Positions 27,186 to 36,881 are shown, counted from the first letter of the stretch. The stretch is 64,000 bases of DNA from Deltaproteobacteria bacterium (GCA_022340905.1 JAJDNB010000037.1:2150-66149), one strand, 5' to 3'. Translations and numbers: made by a program. The notes: a model not told the origin generated them from the sequence alone.

Positions 27186-28913
27186 GTGAATCTCCCTACT
27201 CTGGACTGGATAATTATTATAGCCTACCTCACCGCTAGTCTGATAATCGGCTTTTACTTTTCTAAAAGAGCCCTGCGGAGTGTTGACGACTACTTTGTTT
27301 CAGGCCGTGTCCTCCCTTGGTGGCTGGCCGGCATGTCAATGATTGCCTCCGCTTTCGCCATAGACACACCCTTAGGCATTACCGGCCTAGTGGCCCAGGA
27401 TGGTATCCCAGGAGTGTGGTATGCCTGGTCCTTCGTTCTCGGCGGCGCCGGTGCACTGGGCGCCTTCATCTTTGCCTCCTTGCTGAGACGTTCAGAAATT
27501 ATTACTACCGCTGAACTTATAGAGCTACGCTATGATGGCCCCTCTGCCGCCTTTCTGAGAGGTTTCAAGGGTGTCTATTTCGGTATATTTGCCAATGCGG
27601 TAACACTGGGCTGGATCATTAAGGCAGTATGGACAATAAGTGCAGTGGTAGCTCCCACAATTGATCGCCATCTTCTCTTGGCTGTCATACTGGCGATCAC
27701 CCTTGCCTATACGGCAGCGTCAGGGCTTTGGGGTATTGCTGCTACAGATCTTATTCAGTTTTTCATCGGCTCAGTAGGGTCCATAATTCTGGCAGTTTTT
27801 GCCTGGAACTACATCGGTGGAATGGGAAATATCGTTGAGGGCTTCGTCCAAAGATATGGAGCTGGGTCAGCTGCAGAGCGGCTCAGCTTTTTCCCAACTG
27901 TAGGCACTCCTTTTTTTGTAACATTTTTGGTTTTTATAACGCTGAAATGGTGGGGTAATCCGCCCCCGGCAATCACTCAAAGGATTATTTCTGCCAAAAA
28001 TGAAAAGCACGCCTCCTTTTCAACCATGCTTTTTGCAGTGGTCGCCTTTGGTTTCAATTACTGGCCCATGATCTTGGTGGCTATGGTTTCTCTTATTGTC
28101 TATCCAGACCTTGAGATTCCTGAAGCTGGCTATGCCATGCTAATCTTGAAGCTCCTCCCCTCTGGACTCCTAGGACTGATGCTAGCCTCTCTGATGGCAG
28201 CCTTTATGTCTACCGTAGATACCCACATAAACTTCGGTGCCGCCTACATGGTCAATGACCTCTATCGCCGTTTTATTATGAAAAAGGCTTCAGAGAAGCA
28301 TTACGTCCGTGCCTCACAGATCAGCACAGTGCTAATGCTGCTCCTTGCTGTGGTGATTGCCTATAATCTCGATTCAGTGAGTGATGCCTGGTATTACATA
28401 TCTATGCTGACAGCGGGTTACGGTATTGTGATTGTCATACGCTGGTTTTGGTGGCGAGTAAACGCTTGGGCAGAGATTGCGGCACTGGCGAGTTCAGGGG
28501 TTGGCAGCACCCTTCTATCGCCGAAATTTGCTAGAGCAGTCGGCTACTGGGACCATATTCCCCATTTGGATTGGCAGTATAGGTTTCTCATTGTGGTGGT
28601 TTTTTGTACCGTTTCCTGGGTGGTAGTCTGCTTTCTGACCAAACCCACAGCAGAAGAACATTTGAAAAAATTTTGCGCTAAGGTTAAGCCTTTTCCTACC
28701 CTTTGGGGGCCTATCTATAAGAAGAATCCCGAGTTGGGCTGGAATCTACACTTCAGGAGGGCATGCTTAAACTGGCTACTCGGTGCGGCCAGCGTCTACT
28801 GTTTTTGCTTTGGCACGGGCCATCTTTTGTTCTTGAACTTTGCCTATGGCATTTTGCTCATTGCACTGGCCGTTGTTCTAGCAACAATTATTCTGATAAT
28901 CTGGAGAAAGTAA
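27186..28913 (+). CDS. Sodium:solute symporter family transporter
   Basis: DYFVSGRVLPWW, IELRY, QRIISAKNE and AAFMSTVDTHIN motifs; many TM helices. Confidence 0.93.
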   Translation: MNLPTLDWIIIIAYLTASLIIGFYFSKRALRSVDDYFVSGRVLPWWLAGMSMIASAFAIDTPLGITGLVAQDGIPGVWYAWSFVLGGAGALGAFIFASLLRRSEIITTAELIELRYDGPSAAFLRGFKGVYFGIFANAVTLGWIIKAVWTISAVVAPTIDRHLLLAVILAITLAYTAASGLWGIAATDLIQFFIGSVGSIILAVFAWNYIGGMGNIVEGFVQRYGAGSAAERLSFFPTVGTPFFVTFLVFITLKWWGNPPPAITQRIISAKNEKHASFSTMLFAVVAFGFNYWPMILVAMVSLIVYPDLEIPEAGYAMLILKLLPSGLLGLMLASLMAAFMSTVDTHINFGAAYMVNDLYRRFIMKKASEKHYVRASQISTVLMLLLAVVIAYNLDSVSDAWYYISMLTAGYGIVIVIRWFWWRVNAWAEIAALASSGVGSTLLSPKFARAVGYWDHIPHLDWQYRFLIVVVFCTVSWVVVCFLTKPTAEEHLKKFCAKVKPFPTLWGPIYKKNPELGWNLHFRRACLNWLLGAASVYCFCFGTGHLLFLNFAYGILLIALAVVLATIILIIWRK

Positions 28914-29019
28914 TGAGTGATCACCGGGACATCTGCGTTTTCGAACGTCATTTAGAACAATCCCACGAGAGCGAAACGGGGAAAATCTCCTAGCGGACGA
29001 ATAGGAAGGTAAGATCTCT

Positions 29020-29358
29020 TCACTTGTCGCCGCGGACGAAATATACGTAGATATTTACACCCGCAATAGCAACAAACCCGCCACAGAAAATGAGCAGTTT
29101 TTGGGCATCAAAATCCCAAGCATTAGTCCCCTCTACCGTCACCTGAAAAAGGAGAAGAAGAGCTGGGGCGGAGAAAAGGGTAACAAGTGCCTTTTCCATT
29201 CCCCGGATTAAGAAAATAATGCTGCAGCACACCATAAAACCGATGAAGTACGGGTTCTTTATCAGAGTCAGCATGTCGATGGAGGCAAGGATATCATTGA
29301 GCCTAGCGAAATCCAGGTCTCTTATGGCGGATATAATGTCTGACAACATCGTTGGCAA
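29020..29358 (-). CDS. Hypothetical membrane protein
   Basis: Three hydrophobic helices; AAGGAG before the TTG start. Confidence 0.7.
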   Translation of the reverse strand: MPTMLSDIISAIRDLDFARLNDILASIDMLTLIKNPYFIGFMVCCSIIFLIRGMEKALVTLFSAPALLLLFQVTVEGTNAWDFDAQKLLIFCGGFVAIAGVNIYVYFVRGDK

Positions 29359-29426
29359 ACTCCTTGCTTTTCATTGTACAAGCCAAGCAGAAACAATACC
29401 TTCATTTATTATACCGTAACTTGTTT

Positions 29427-29442
29427 AGCAACTCCTATGCCA
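29427..29442 (-). promoter_or_regulatory. Putative sigma54 (-24/-12) promoter
   Basis: Minus strand TGGCAT-AGGAG-TTGCT upstream of the 29358 gene. Confidence 0.65.
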
Positions 29443-29815
29443 TATGTTCCACCTCTAATGTGCTAAAGAGATTTTCTTTCATCTCCCGGTTCAAAATCTG
29501 CTCAGGGTATTCCACCAAACGGTAGCTGCGCCAGTGAACGCAATTGTCCCCCCGTCCCCGAGATCTAGCCTGCAGTATCCCGCTATTCGTGCAGTTTCTT
29601 GCAAGAGCCGAGCGACATTAATTAATGTTAATTATTAACTTATTATAAAAAAACATAATTATTAACTATTGTTATCAATAATATAGAATGCCATGAACTC
29701 CACCTTAAGCTGATTGCATTGAGTGAGTTGCGCAGTGTGAGAGTGTCACCGATTCAGGCCACGACTAATCGTTAGCCCTTCTCTTTTCCTTCTCTTTTCC
29801 TTTGGCAGGTAACGC

Positions 29816-30526
29816 TTATTGATTTGCAGACTTTTCGCATTCAGAGGTCCGGTATGTTCTCATTCGCGCCAGATCGAAGGCATAGTCATAAATATGGAGA
29901 CCTTTAGAGGCCACAATCATTTCCCCGTCTTCGACACCAATCTCACTTGCCATGTATTCCTTCAAGAGTTGGATTCCGCCTAAATTTGCCGGATACCCGT
30001 TCCAAGCATCCCATGAGCGGAAATAGACAAAGAAATGAATTCGCTCGTCTTGAATACGCGTGTCAATCTGGCGCAGGCATGGTGGATCTTCCAGCTTCAA
30101 GTCGGTGGGCATTCCTACGGTCATTACCATCTGATTATTGCGGAACCCGTGACGCTTGTAGGTATCAATGACCGTCTGGATTTGGTCGATACCCACCCCC
30201 CCAGCTAATCGTTCGCCGTAGGTGTAATCCTCGTCTGGCTCTTTATGAGGAGTCATAAGATATGGCAAGTAATTGTCAAGGTAGTCGTCCGCCACTGGAT
30301 TGGGAATACCTAAATGGGCAGGGATATCTGGTAAAAGTGGTCGCCCGCCAGGATGTTTAATATGAACTGTCACGTAATCAAGCTCTAATCGCTTTTGTCC
30401 CGCATAGGAACCTCTGTCAATAACAAACTCACGTCCGTGATCGAGTAAGTTCCAGATAATCTGAAACCAGGAATCTGGAAGTGTGGTGGCCTCAATGAAA
30501 ACAGGATTCAATGATACCTTCCTCAT
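29816..30526 (-). CDS. thyA: Thymidylate synthase family protein, short archaeal-like type
   Basis: YTYGERL, DPPCL, YFRSWD..G.PAN and LHIY motifs. Confidence 0.85.
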   Translation of the reverse strand: MRKVSLNPVFIEATTLPDSWFQIIWNLLDHGREFVIDRGSYAGQKRLELDYVTVHIKHPGGRPLLPDIPAHLGIPNPVADDYLDNYLPYLMTPHKEPDEDYTYGERLAGGVGIDQIQTVIDTYKRHGFRNNQMVMTVGMPTDLKLEDPPCLRQIDTRIQDERIHFFVYFRSWDAWNGYPANLGGIQLLKEYMASEIGVEDGEMIVASKGLHIYDYAFDLARMRTYRTSECEKSANQ

Positions 30527-30566
30527 CCCTCTCTCCCTCTCAGCCAGCGTCGGCCCGGTGTTAGCC

Positions 30567-31319
30567 TCAAGAAACGGTCTCTCGTTTAGAGCTTTCTTCT
30601 TGAGCTAACTCTTCTCCCCGAATCGAAATCTTGACAGTGTCTATGGGGATCTGCTTACCGCTGGCTTCTAATGCTTTGTTTACCACGTGCAGGAGGCCTC
30701 CACAGCAGGGAACCTCCATATAGCCTATAGTGATTGCTTGTATATCATTGTTGGCAAAAATTTGCCCCAACTTCTCCACGTAGAATTTGCTGTCGTCCAA
30801 TTTGGGACAGCCAACCGCCAATATTTTACCTTTGAGCAAACGCTGATGAAAAGCTCCCATGGCAAATGGAACGCAGTCAGCCGCAATAAGCAACTCTGCC
30901 CCATCGAAAAATGGAGCATTCACCGGCAGCAGGTGAATTTGAACAGGCCAGTTTCTCAGTTCTGAGTTTTGACCACTTGTTTCCTGCACCGCTGCCGCAG
31001 AAGATTGCGGCTGGAAATGTATCAGTTTTGAACCGGGACAGCCGACTTCAACCTCTTTAGGCTGTTGCTTGTCCCGTAGTCTTTTGACGTGCTCTTCTGT
31101 AGCCTTTTCGTCAAATGGATCTGAATCCTTCATCACAATTTCTAGGGCCCCTTGCGGGCATTCACCTATGCAAGCACCCAAGCCGTCACAATAGATATCT
31201 TTTATGACTTTTGCCTTGCCGTCCCGGATCTCAAGAGCCCCCTCAGCGCAGGAAATCACGCATGACCCACAACCATCACATTTTTCTTCATCTATTTCTA
31301 CTATGTTTCTCATTGCCAT
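30567..31319 (-). CDS. 4Fe-4S ferredoxin-domain protein (FrdX-like)
   Basis: CDGCGSCVISC, CDGLGACIGECP, WPVQIHL, LIAADC, GCPKLD and MEVPCC motifs. Confidence 0.88.
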   Translation of the reverse strand: MAMRNIVEIDEEKCDGCGSCVISCAEGALEIRDGKAKVIKDIYCDGLGACIGECPQGALEIVMKDSDPFDEKATEEHVKRLRDKQQPKEVEVGCPGSKLIHFQPQSSAAAVQETSGQNSELRNWPVQIHLLPVNAPFFDGAELLIAADCVPFAMGAFHQRLLKGKILAVGCPKLDDSKFYVEKLGQIFANNDIQAITIGYMEVPCCGGLLHVVNKALEASGKQIPIDTVKISIRGEELAQEESSKRETVS

Positions 31320-31382
31320 CTTGCACCTCCGCTCTCATTTTGACCGTTTTCCCTAATGATAATACACCTCGGCCCACAGTGC

Positions 31383-31398
31383 TTTGATCTAAGTCAAA
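31383..31398. promoter_or_regulatory. FNR/HcpR-type binding site
   Basis: TTTGAT-CTAA-GTCAAA, centred about 26 bp upstream of a minus-strand TATTAT -10 (31359-31364). Confidence 0.7.
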
Positions 31399-31645
31399 TA
31401 GCGGAGCTTTGACTGTCTTCTCTGGGTAATTCCTGAGTCAAAAAAAGCTAACATGGAATCTCAGGTCTGGCAATGATAAAACTCGCCAGGGGTAAAGAAA
31501 GAGAATCGTACGGCGGCAGTCCAAATACTCCCCTTAAAACCCTTTAAAAATTTACAGTGGATCATTATAATGGGCTGGAAGTGGAGTAGTGCAGCCACGT
31601 GCCATGTCCATTCCACTAGTTTCGAGTGATCGAGGGGAGAAAAGC

Positions 31646-32101
31646 ATGACAGAAGAGACCATGGTTACCATCAGTGAAGTCTACCTCAAAAGCGACCGCA
31701 GCTCTGGCAACATGGTAGTACTCAAGGAGAGCGAAGAAGACCCAAATCATTTTGTCATGTTTGTGGGTGATTCGGAATTCGCGGCCATTGCCAAGGAAAA
31801 GGGGCTCGTAGAGCCAAAGAGGCCTTTAACTCATGATCTCTATCTACGAATAAGTGATAACCTGCAGGTTGAATTCCTGCGAATAGAGATATACGACATG
31901 AAAGAGAACACTTACTACGCCAATGTGTTTTTTCGCGCCAATGGTCAGGAGCTTACGGTAGATTGCCGACCCAGCGATGCCGTGGCACTAGCCTTAAATA
32001 GGAAGATCCCTATTTTGGTTAATAAAAAACTGTTCCGTCGCGAACTTACTAGGGAAGAGATCAAAGAATACGAGGAGATTTGTAAGACGGTGAAATTCTA
32101 G
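31646..32101 (+). CDS. Bifunctional nuclease family (DUF151) protein
   Basis: RPLTHDL, YYA and DCRPSDAVALAL motifs. Confidence 0.9.
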   Translation: MTEETMVTISEVYLKSDRSSGNMVVLKESEEDPNHFVMFVGDSEFAAIAKEKGLVEPKRPLTHDLYLRISDNLQVEFLRIEIYDMKENTYYANVFFRANGQELTVDCRPSDAVALALNRKIPILVNKKLFRRELTREEIKEYEEICKTVKF

Positions 32102-32183
32102 GTTGCTGCAGGTTAATACCAAAATGTGCGGATTCATGCAGCTTCCCCTTTGGTGCACAATTAGTACGGATGTAAGCTGCTGA

Positions 32184-32435
32184 TTACTCTGAAGCTTGGT
32201 CGTTCGATTTGACGATTTTTTCGGTTGCCTCTGCCAGGGCCACAAATGCCCTGATCACATCAAAATGCTGCATTATCAATTTTATCTGGTGTTCCACTAG
32301 TTCGTTTTTGCTCATTTTTTCCAGTTCAGCCTTTATCTCCTCAGGTTTTAATTCCTGCTGACTAATTTTTTTAAGCTCAGGTAGTATCTGTTCAAACGCA
32401 CGCAAAGTGGTCATTGGGTCGCCGGTTTGGCCCAT
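32184..32435 (-). CDS. Small hypothetical helical protein
   Basis: 83 aa with a GAGGAG RBS. Confidence 0.6.
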   Translation of the reverse strand: MGQTGDPMTTLRAFEQILPELKKISQQELKPEEIKAELEKMSKNELVEHQIKLIMQHFDVIRAFVALAEATEKIVKSNDQASE

Positions 32436-32673
32436 TTTCAGCTCCTCTCTTATTCAATCTCGACTCCCGTTAACTTGCCTTTCGAGATTTTCCTTTCATC
32501 TTTAGCTCTCATGCATATGACGGCGATGAGACAAATCATTTTAGGATTTACTCGGCCCTAGTAATTTCCTACGCACTGAGAATAATACCCTGAGGAACTC
32601 TATTTCACAGAAGAAGTGAAGAGTCTTACCCCGTAGAGGCCGGCTATCCGTAGACAAACCCTTCACGCTATTC

Positions 32674-32847
32674 TTACTCGTATGATCCCCTGCGTCTCCG
32701 CTTATTCAAGCGTCTCAATGCTTTCTGGTTCTTAAGCCTGCTTCTCTCACCCTTACTCAAATGGTAGCGATGTCTTTTGATAGAAGGCCCGACGTTTCTC
32801 TGAAAGTCTTTTTTGAGCCGCTTCAGCCGTTGCTCAAAACTACTCAA
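32674..32847 (-). CDS. Divergent ribosomal protein bS21-like small basic protein (57 aa, TTG start)
   Basis: Not in the ORF track: MSSFEQRLKRLKKDFQRNVGPSIKRHRYHLSKGERSRLKNQKALRRLNKRRRRGSYE*; residue spacing resembles bS21. Confidence 0.6.
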   Translation of the reverse strand: MSSFEQRLKRLKKDFQRNVGPSIKRHRYHLSKGERSRLKNQKALRRLNKRRRRGSYE

Positions 32848-33199
32848 CTCTCGCCGCCTCTCTCTGTAGTAAATGTCTAGTAAAAACCTAAAATATCAGA
32901 CTCAATGTGAGGTAATCTGGGTAAGTCAAGAAGTGGAAGCATTCCATAAAAGTGCTAGGCAGAGGTGATGTAATGCCAATTCTGTCTGCACTCTTTGGCC
33001 TTAAAAGTTAGACAAAATATTTTAGATACACTCTTAAAGGAAATCCTTCCACACAATCTATGACTGCACTGGCCGTATTTCGATGGTGACCATAGCAGCA
33101 TTTCCTTTGATAATCAACTGGCAATCTATTTCAGAAGTTTCCCTAAAAAATCTTGGCAAAATAGGCCACGAAGAAGTTCTTGACTATCTGTTCAACCAC

Positions 33200-34471
33200 C
33201 TAAGTCGAAGAGGATTCTGGTTCTTGTTTACGAAAGACTCTGATTCTGATGAGGGCGTTTTCGAACATCTCTTCCACTTGAAAGCGAAATCTTTCCCATT
33301 TTATCTCTTCACTGATTTCGGGTAACCGACCAAAGAGAGTCAAGACGAGCCCAGCAAGGGTCTGATATCCGTCTTCCGGCAAATCCCATTTTAACCATTT
33401 GTTTAAATCACGTATTGAAATGCTAGCATCAATCAGAAAAGATCCATCTTGCTGCGGTTGGATCTTTCGAAGAAACCTATCATGTTCATCCTGAATCTCA
33501 CCGACTATCTCTTCAAGGATATCTTCCAGTGTCACAATCCCCACAACCTCACCGTATTCATCAACCACAAAAGCCAAGTGAGTTCTGGTCCTTTGAAAAT
33601 CCACCAACTGCTGACGTACCGACTTAACTTCCGGTACATAGCTCGCTTTGAGCATTATTTTTCGGAGCGAAAAATCCCCAGCTGAGCCGGACCACTTGAG
33701 CAGATCCCTGATGTGAATAAACCCGATGACCTCACCTTTGTCTTCTTTGTATACAGGATAGCGAGAAAATTCGCTTCTTTTTAACCCAGCCAGAACCTCA
33801 TGGTAAGGCGTGTTCATTTCGAAGGCAACCATGTCTCGGGTGGGTATCATCACAGACTCCACCGAAATGCTGTCCAGGGCCAACACTGCCTGAAGCATTT
33901 CTTCTTCTCTTTTCTTCAAGATCCCTTCCTCAGCGCCCACCTTGATCATTGTCGCGATTTCCTCGATGCCTGCGAGAGCCCCAGGACCAGGTTTCTCGAG
34001 ACGCGCAGCCACAATGAGCATGTTGCTCATTGCAGAAAGAACCCGGACTATAGGGTAGAGCACCTTAATGAGCCAGTAGATAGGCCGAACTATGAGAATG
34101 GCCATCTGCTCTGGATAGTAGGCTGCAATGGTCTTGGGAGTAATTTCCGCGAACACCAAGATGATCAGGGTCATAATCAGGGTGGCCCAGATTACGCCCC
34201 CTTCACCCACCAGACTTATTGCCATCCAGGTGGCAAGAGCCGAAGCCGCCACATTGACCAGATTGTTTCCAAGTAGGATCGTACCAATAAATTTCTCAGG
34301 CTCCCCCAGGGTCTTCTCCACCAGCCGGGCCCTTCTTCTTCTCCGGCTAAGGTGACGAATGCGCCATCGATCAACAGCCATCAGAGCGGTCTCTGAACCT
34401 GAGAAAAAGGCTGAAGAGACAATAAGAAAGATTAGTCCCAGCAGAACAAAAGGCCAGGCTGCCACACTCAT
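33200..34471 (-). CDS. HlyC/CorC (CNNM-CBS-CorC) family transporter
   Basis: SAFFSGSETAL, GNNLVN, EITPKT, SRYPVY and VVDEYG...LEDILEEIVGEI motifs. Confidence 0.94.
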   Translation of the reverse strand: MSVAAWPFVLLGLIFLIVSSAFFSGSETALMAVDRWRIRHLSRRRRRARLVEKTLGEPEKFIGTILLGNNLVNVAASALATWMAISLVGEGGVIWATLIMTLIILVFAEITPKTIAAYYPEQMAILIVRPIYWLIKVLYPIVRVLSAMSNMLIVAARLEKPGPGALAGIEEIATMIKVGAEEGILKKREEEMLQAVLALDSISVESVMIPTRDMVAFEMNTPYHEVLAGLKRSEFSRYPVYKEDKGEVIGFIHIRDLLKWSGSAGDFSLRKIMLKASYVPEVKSVRQQLVDFQRTRTHLAFVVDEYGEVVGIVTLEDILEEIVGEIQDEHDRFLRKIQPQQDGSFLIDASISIRDLNKWLKWDLPEDGYQTLAGLVLTLFGRLPEISEEIKWERFRFQVEEMFENALIRIRVFRKQEPESSST

Positions 34472-34696
34472 AACCTCTCCTTCACTTTATGAATTGACCA
34501 TGCCCATGGTAATAGTCCCAGGTCTCCAAGATACAGGAGTTTGCTTGCCTCTAAAGGTGCAGTTTGTTATATAGAAATCGAGGGTTGGAGTGCTGCTCAC
34601 GGTTTTCCTTCACCTCAGAAGCCTCTGCTGTGTAAAGAAAGAATTGGCCTTCTTCCGACCAGCAGGGGCTTTCTTATACGAGGAGGTAGATTGGTT

Positions 34697-34852
34697 ATGA
34701 CGAAAGATGAAGAAAAAATACTGAAGGTTGCCAAGGAAGTGGTGGTAAAGTTCATTGAGATCGGTCGGGTTTCTCCCACGCAGTTTGAAGGTGTCTTTCA
34801 AAGTGTCTTCCGCACCATCAAATCAAGCGTCAGCTTCAATGAGCCAGAGTAG
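34697..34852 (+). CDS. Small hypothetical protein (51 aa)
   Basis: MTKDEEKILKVAKEVVVKFIEIGRVSPTQF...; AGGAGG RBS. Confidence 0.75.
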   Translation: MTKDEEKILKVAKEVVVKFIEIGRVSPTQFEGVFQSVFRTIKSSVSFNEPE

Positions 34853-35108
34853 TAGTATTTTGATTTGCCCCTGGAATCAACTGCCGCTGGTCAGGCAACT
34901 AGTTATACTCTCAGTATAAGGGGCCATGGCAGTTCTTGCAACCAGCTGTAATTTTAGCTCTAGATTAACGAATTATCCAGGCTAGCGTACGGCCAAAAAC
35001 ATGGCTCACCTCCCCACACCTGTTACTCGACGGGGATCTTTCTGTAATAAAAAAAGCGGCCACAGCTTCAGATGTGCCAAGGCCGCCAAATTTTCGCTCT
35101 CAACTTTT

Positions 35109-35357
35109 TTATGCAGCCTGAAGAGCATTCTCCATATGGCTGAAGATATCCTTAACACTCTTGATTTTTTCTGCTTCCTCATCTGGAATTTCAAGGTTGA
35201 ACTCTTCTTCCAGTGCCATGATCAACTCAACCACATCGAGGGAGTCCGCGCCCAAGTCATCCACCACGCTGGCCTCAGGGGTCACGTCTGCTCGATCAAT
35301 TCCCAGTTGATTGGCAATAATCTCTACGATTTTATCTTTCATTACACCCGCATCCAT
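35109..35357 (-). CDS. acpP: Acyl carrier protein
   Basis: [20 protein letters not shown] phosphopantetheine attachment motif. Confidence 0.96.
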   Translation of the reverse strand: MDAGVMKDKIVEIIANQLGIDRADVTPEASVVDDLGADSLDVVELIMALEEEFNLEIPDEEAEKIKSVKDIFSHMENALQAA

Positions 35358-35599
35358 TGGTTATCCTCCACGTATTAAGTCAAAATTTTTAAGTCGTTTA
35401 CCTAATCAAGATGTTTCATCAATCCGTCTGGAACGGATCCTAGAATTGTAAGAGCCAATATCAACCTCAACCGATCCTGCTCGCCTTCGAATAGTTTCAG
35501 CTCAACGATTGACAATCCTTTGCATTGTGCCTGAGCATCCCCCCTTCCCTTTCTGTCTATATACCAGCCGCAGCCTAAGAACTTTTTCGGTCACCTGGA

Positions 35600-36565
35600 C
35601 TAGCCAAAGGGAATTTCTTTGGACAGTGCAGATGGCTCAGGTTTTACGAATCCGTAAAAGAGGGCCTCGGTCACAGTGTCCATTTCATCCACCAAGGAGT
35701 AATCGGTTTCGCTTGCCAACCACTTTTGCATCACACCATCGATAAAACCCATTACTCCATAGAAAACCGTATGAAAATCCATTTGCTTTAAGTGACCTTT
35801 TCGAGCTGCGAGGAAAATCTTTCGCTTCAGCAACGGCACCCTCTTAAGAATATTGCCAATATAGAGGGCTTTAACCTCCGCACCAAAATCGCTCTGCTCC
35901 TGAATAAGGACTTTATAAAGATCTCGGTTATGGTCAAAGAAGGAGAAGTATGTTCTCAGATACGTCTCAATAATATCCAGTACATCAGCATGAGGATCAA
36001 TGGCTCCCTGCACCCTCTCCTCCAGCTCGGCAACCTTCAAGCGGATAAGCTCGGAAAACAACCCTTTTTTGCTATGAAAGTGGCGGTATACCGTTCCCTT
36101 CCCTAGGGCAGCACTCTCCGCAATCTCATCTACCGTAGTTCCATGAAAGCCCTTGGCGGAAAAAACCTCCAGGGCTGCTGCCAGAATCTTATCCCGGGTA
36201 TCTGCTGTCTGCGGTCTAACCGGATCTCTCTGTCCAAATCTTTTAGAGAACTGGCGGGTAAGAAGACGTTCGCTAAATTTAGTCTGATCCACTCCCCAGC
36301 TCTTAGCAACCCTAATAATCTCCCGCACCCAAGTGGAGATGGAATCTTCCACCTCACTGTTGGTTGAAATAATTTCAGAAACCCCTTCTTCAAAAATCGA
36401 AATCAGGGTCTCCATGTCTTGTCCATTGCCCGTGGTTGCCTCAACCAGGGTGTTTTGCCAAAATAGGTGCCAAGCATCTGGATCCGCTGCCGCACCCCGC
36501 GAGAGCAGATCCAAAAGCTCAGCCCGCTTGTTTTTATCAAAATTTCTTCCTACATAACTTGACAT
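35600..36565 (-). CDS. TetR/AcrR family regulator with an extra N-terminal region of about 120 aa
   Basis: HTH TRDKILAAALEVFSAKGFHGTTVDEIAESAALGKGTVYRHF begins near residue 120. Confidence 0.88.
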   Translation of the reverse strand: MSSYVGRNFDKNKRAELLDLLSRGAAADPDAWHLFWQNTLVEATTGNGQDMETLISIFEEGVSEIISTNSEVEDSISTWVREIIRVAKSWGVDQTKFSERLLTRQFSKRFGQRDPVRPQTADTRDKILAAALEVFSAKGFHGTTVDEIAESAALGKGTVYRHFHSKKGLFSELIRLKVAELEERVQGAIDPHADVLDIIETYLRTYFSFFDHNRDLYKVLIQEQSDFGAEVKALYIGNILKRVPLLKRKIFLAARKGHLKQMDFHTVFYGVMGFIDGVMQKWLASETDYSLVDEMDTVTEALFYGFVKPEPSALSKEIPFG

Positions 36566-36586
36566 GATCGAAACCTGAAAATATTG

Positions 36587-36631
36587 TGACTGACCAGTCC
36601 GTCATTATCTCTAATTAATCGTAAGTGTCAA
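36587..36631 (-). promoter_or_regulatory. Promoter with adjoining palindromic operator of the TetR gene
   Basis: TTGACA-16-GATAAT (36631-36604) followed by TGACGGAC-TG-GTCAGTCA (36604-36587). Confidence 0.65.
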
Positions 36632-36665
36632 GTTCTTTTTACAGAAGATCAAGGAAACACACAAT

Positions 36666-36852
36666 AAATCCTAAATCCGAATATCGATCCGCCGTAGGCG
36701 GACTAAACAAATCAATCTGGATGTGAGATCTGAGATCTGAGATGTGGGATAATGAATACCGATGGAAGTCTTGAATCTCACATCCCATATCGCACATCCC
36801 ACATCCGTAGGTGAAGATCTGTTTCGTGCTTAGGATTTAGGATCTTGAATTT
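36666..36852. repeat. Triple-nested repeat element
   Basis: Outer arms aaatcctaaatccgaa / cttaggatttaggatcttgaattt; inner family-D arms at 36719-36806; palindrome tccgccgtaggcgga at 36688-36702. Confidence 0.8.
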
Positions 36853-36881
36853 AGTGGTGGCTAAGCTCATTCTGTAGGTAG

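Noticed and set aside
34927..34940. TGGCAG-TTC-TTGCA as a sigma54 promoter
   Set aside because: GG-to-GC spacing is 2 bp too short.
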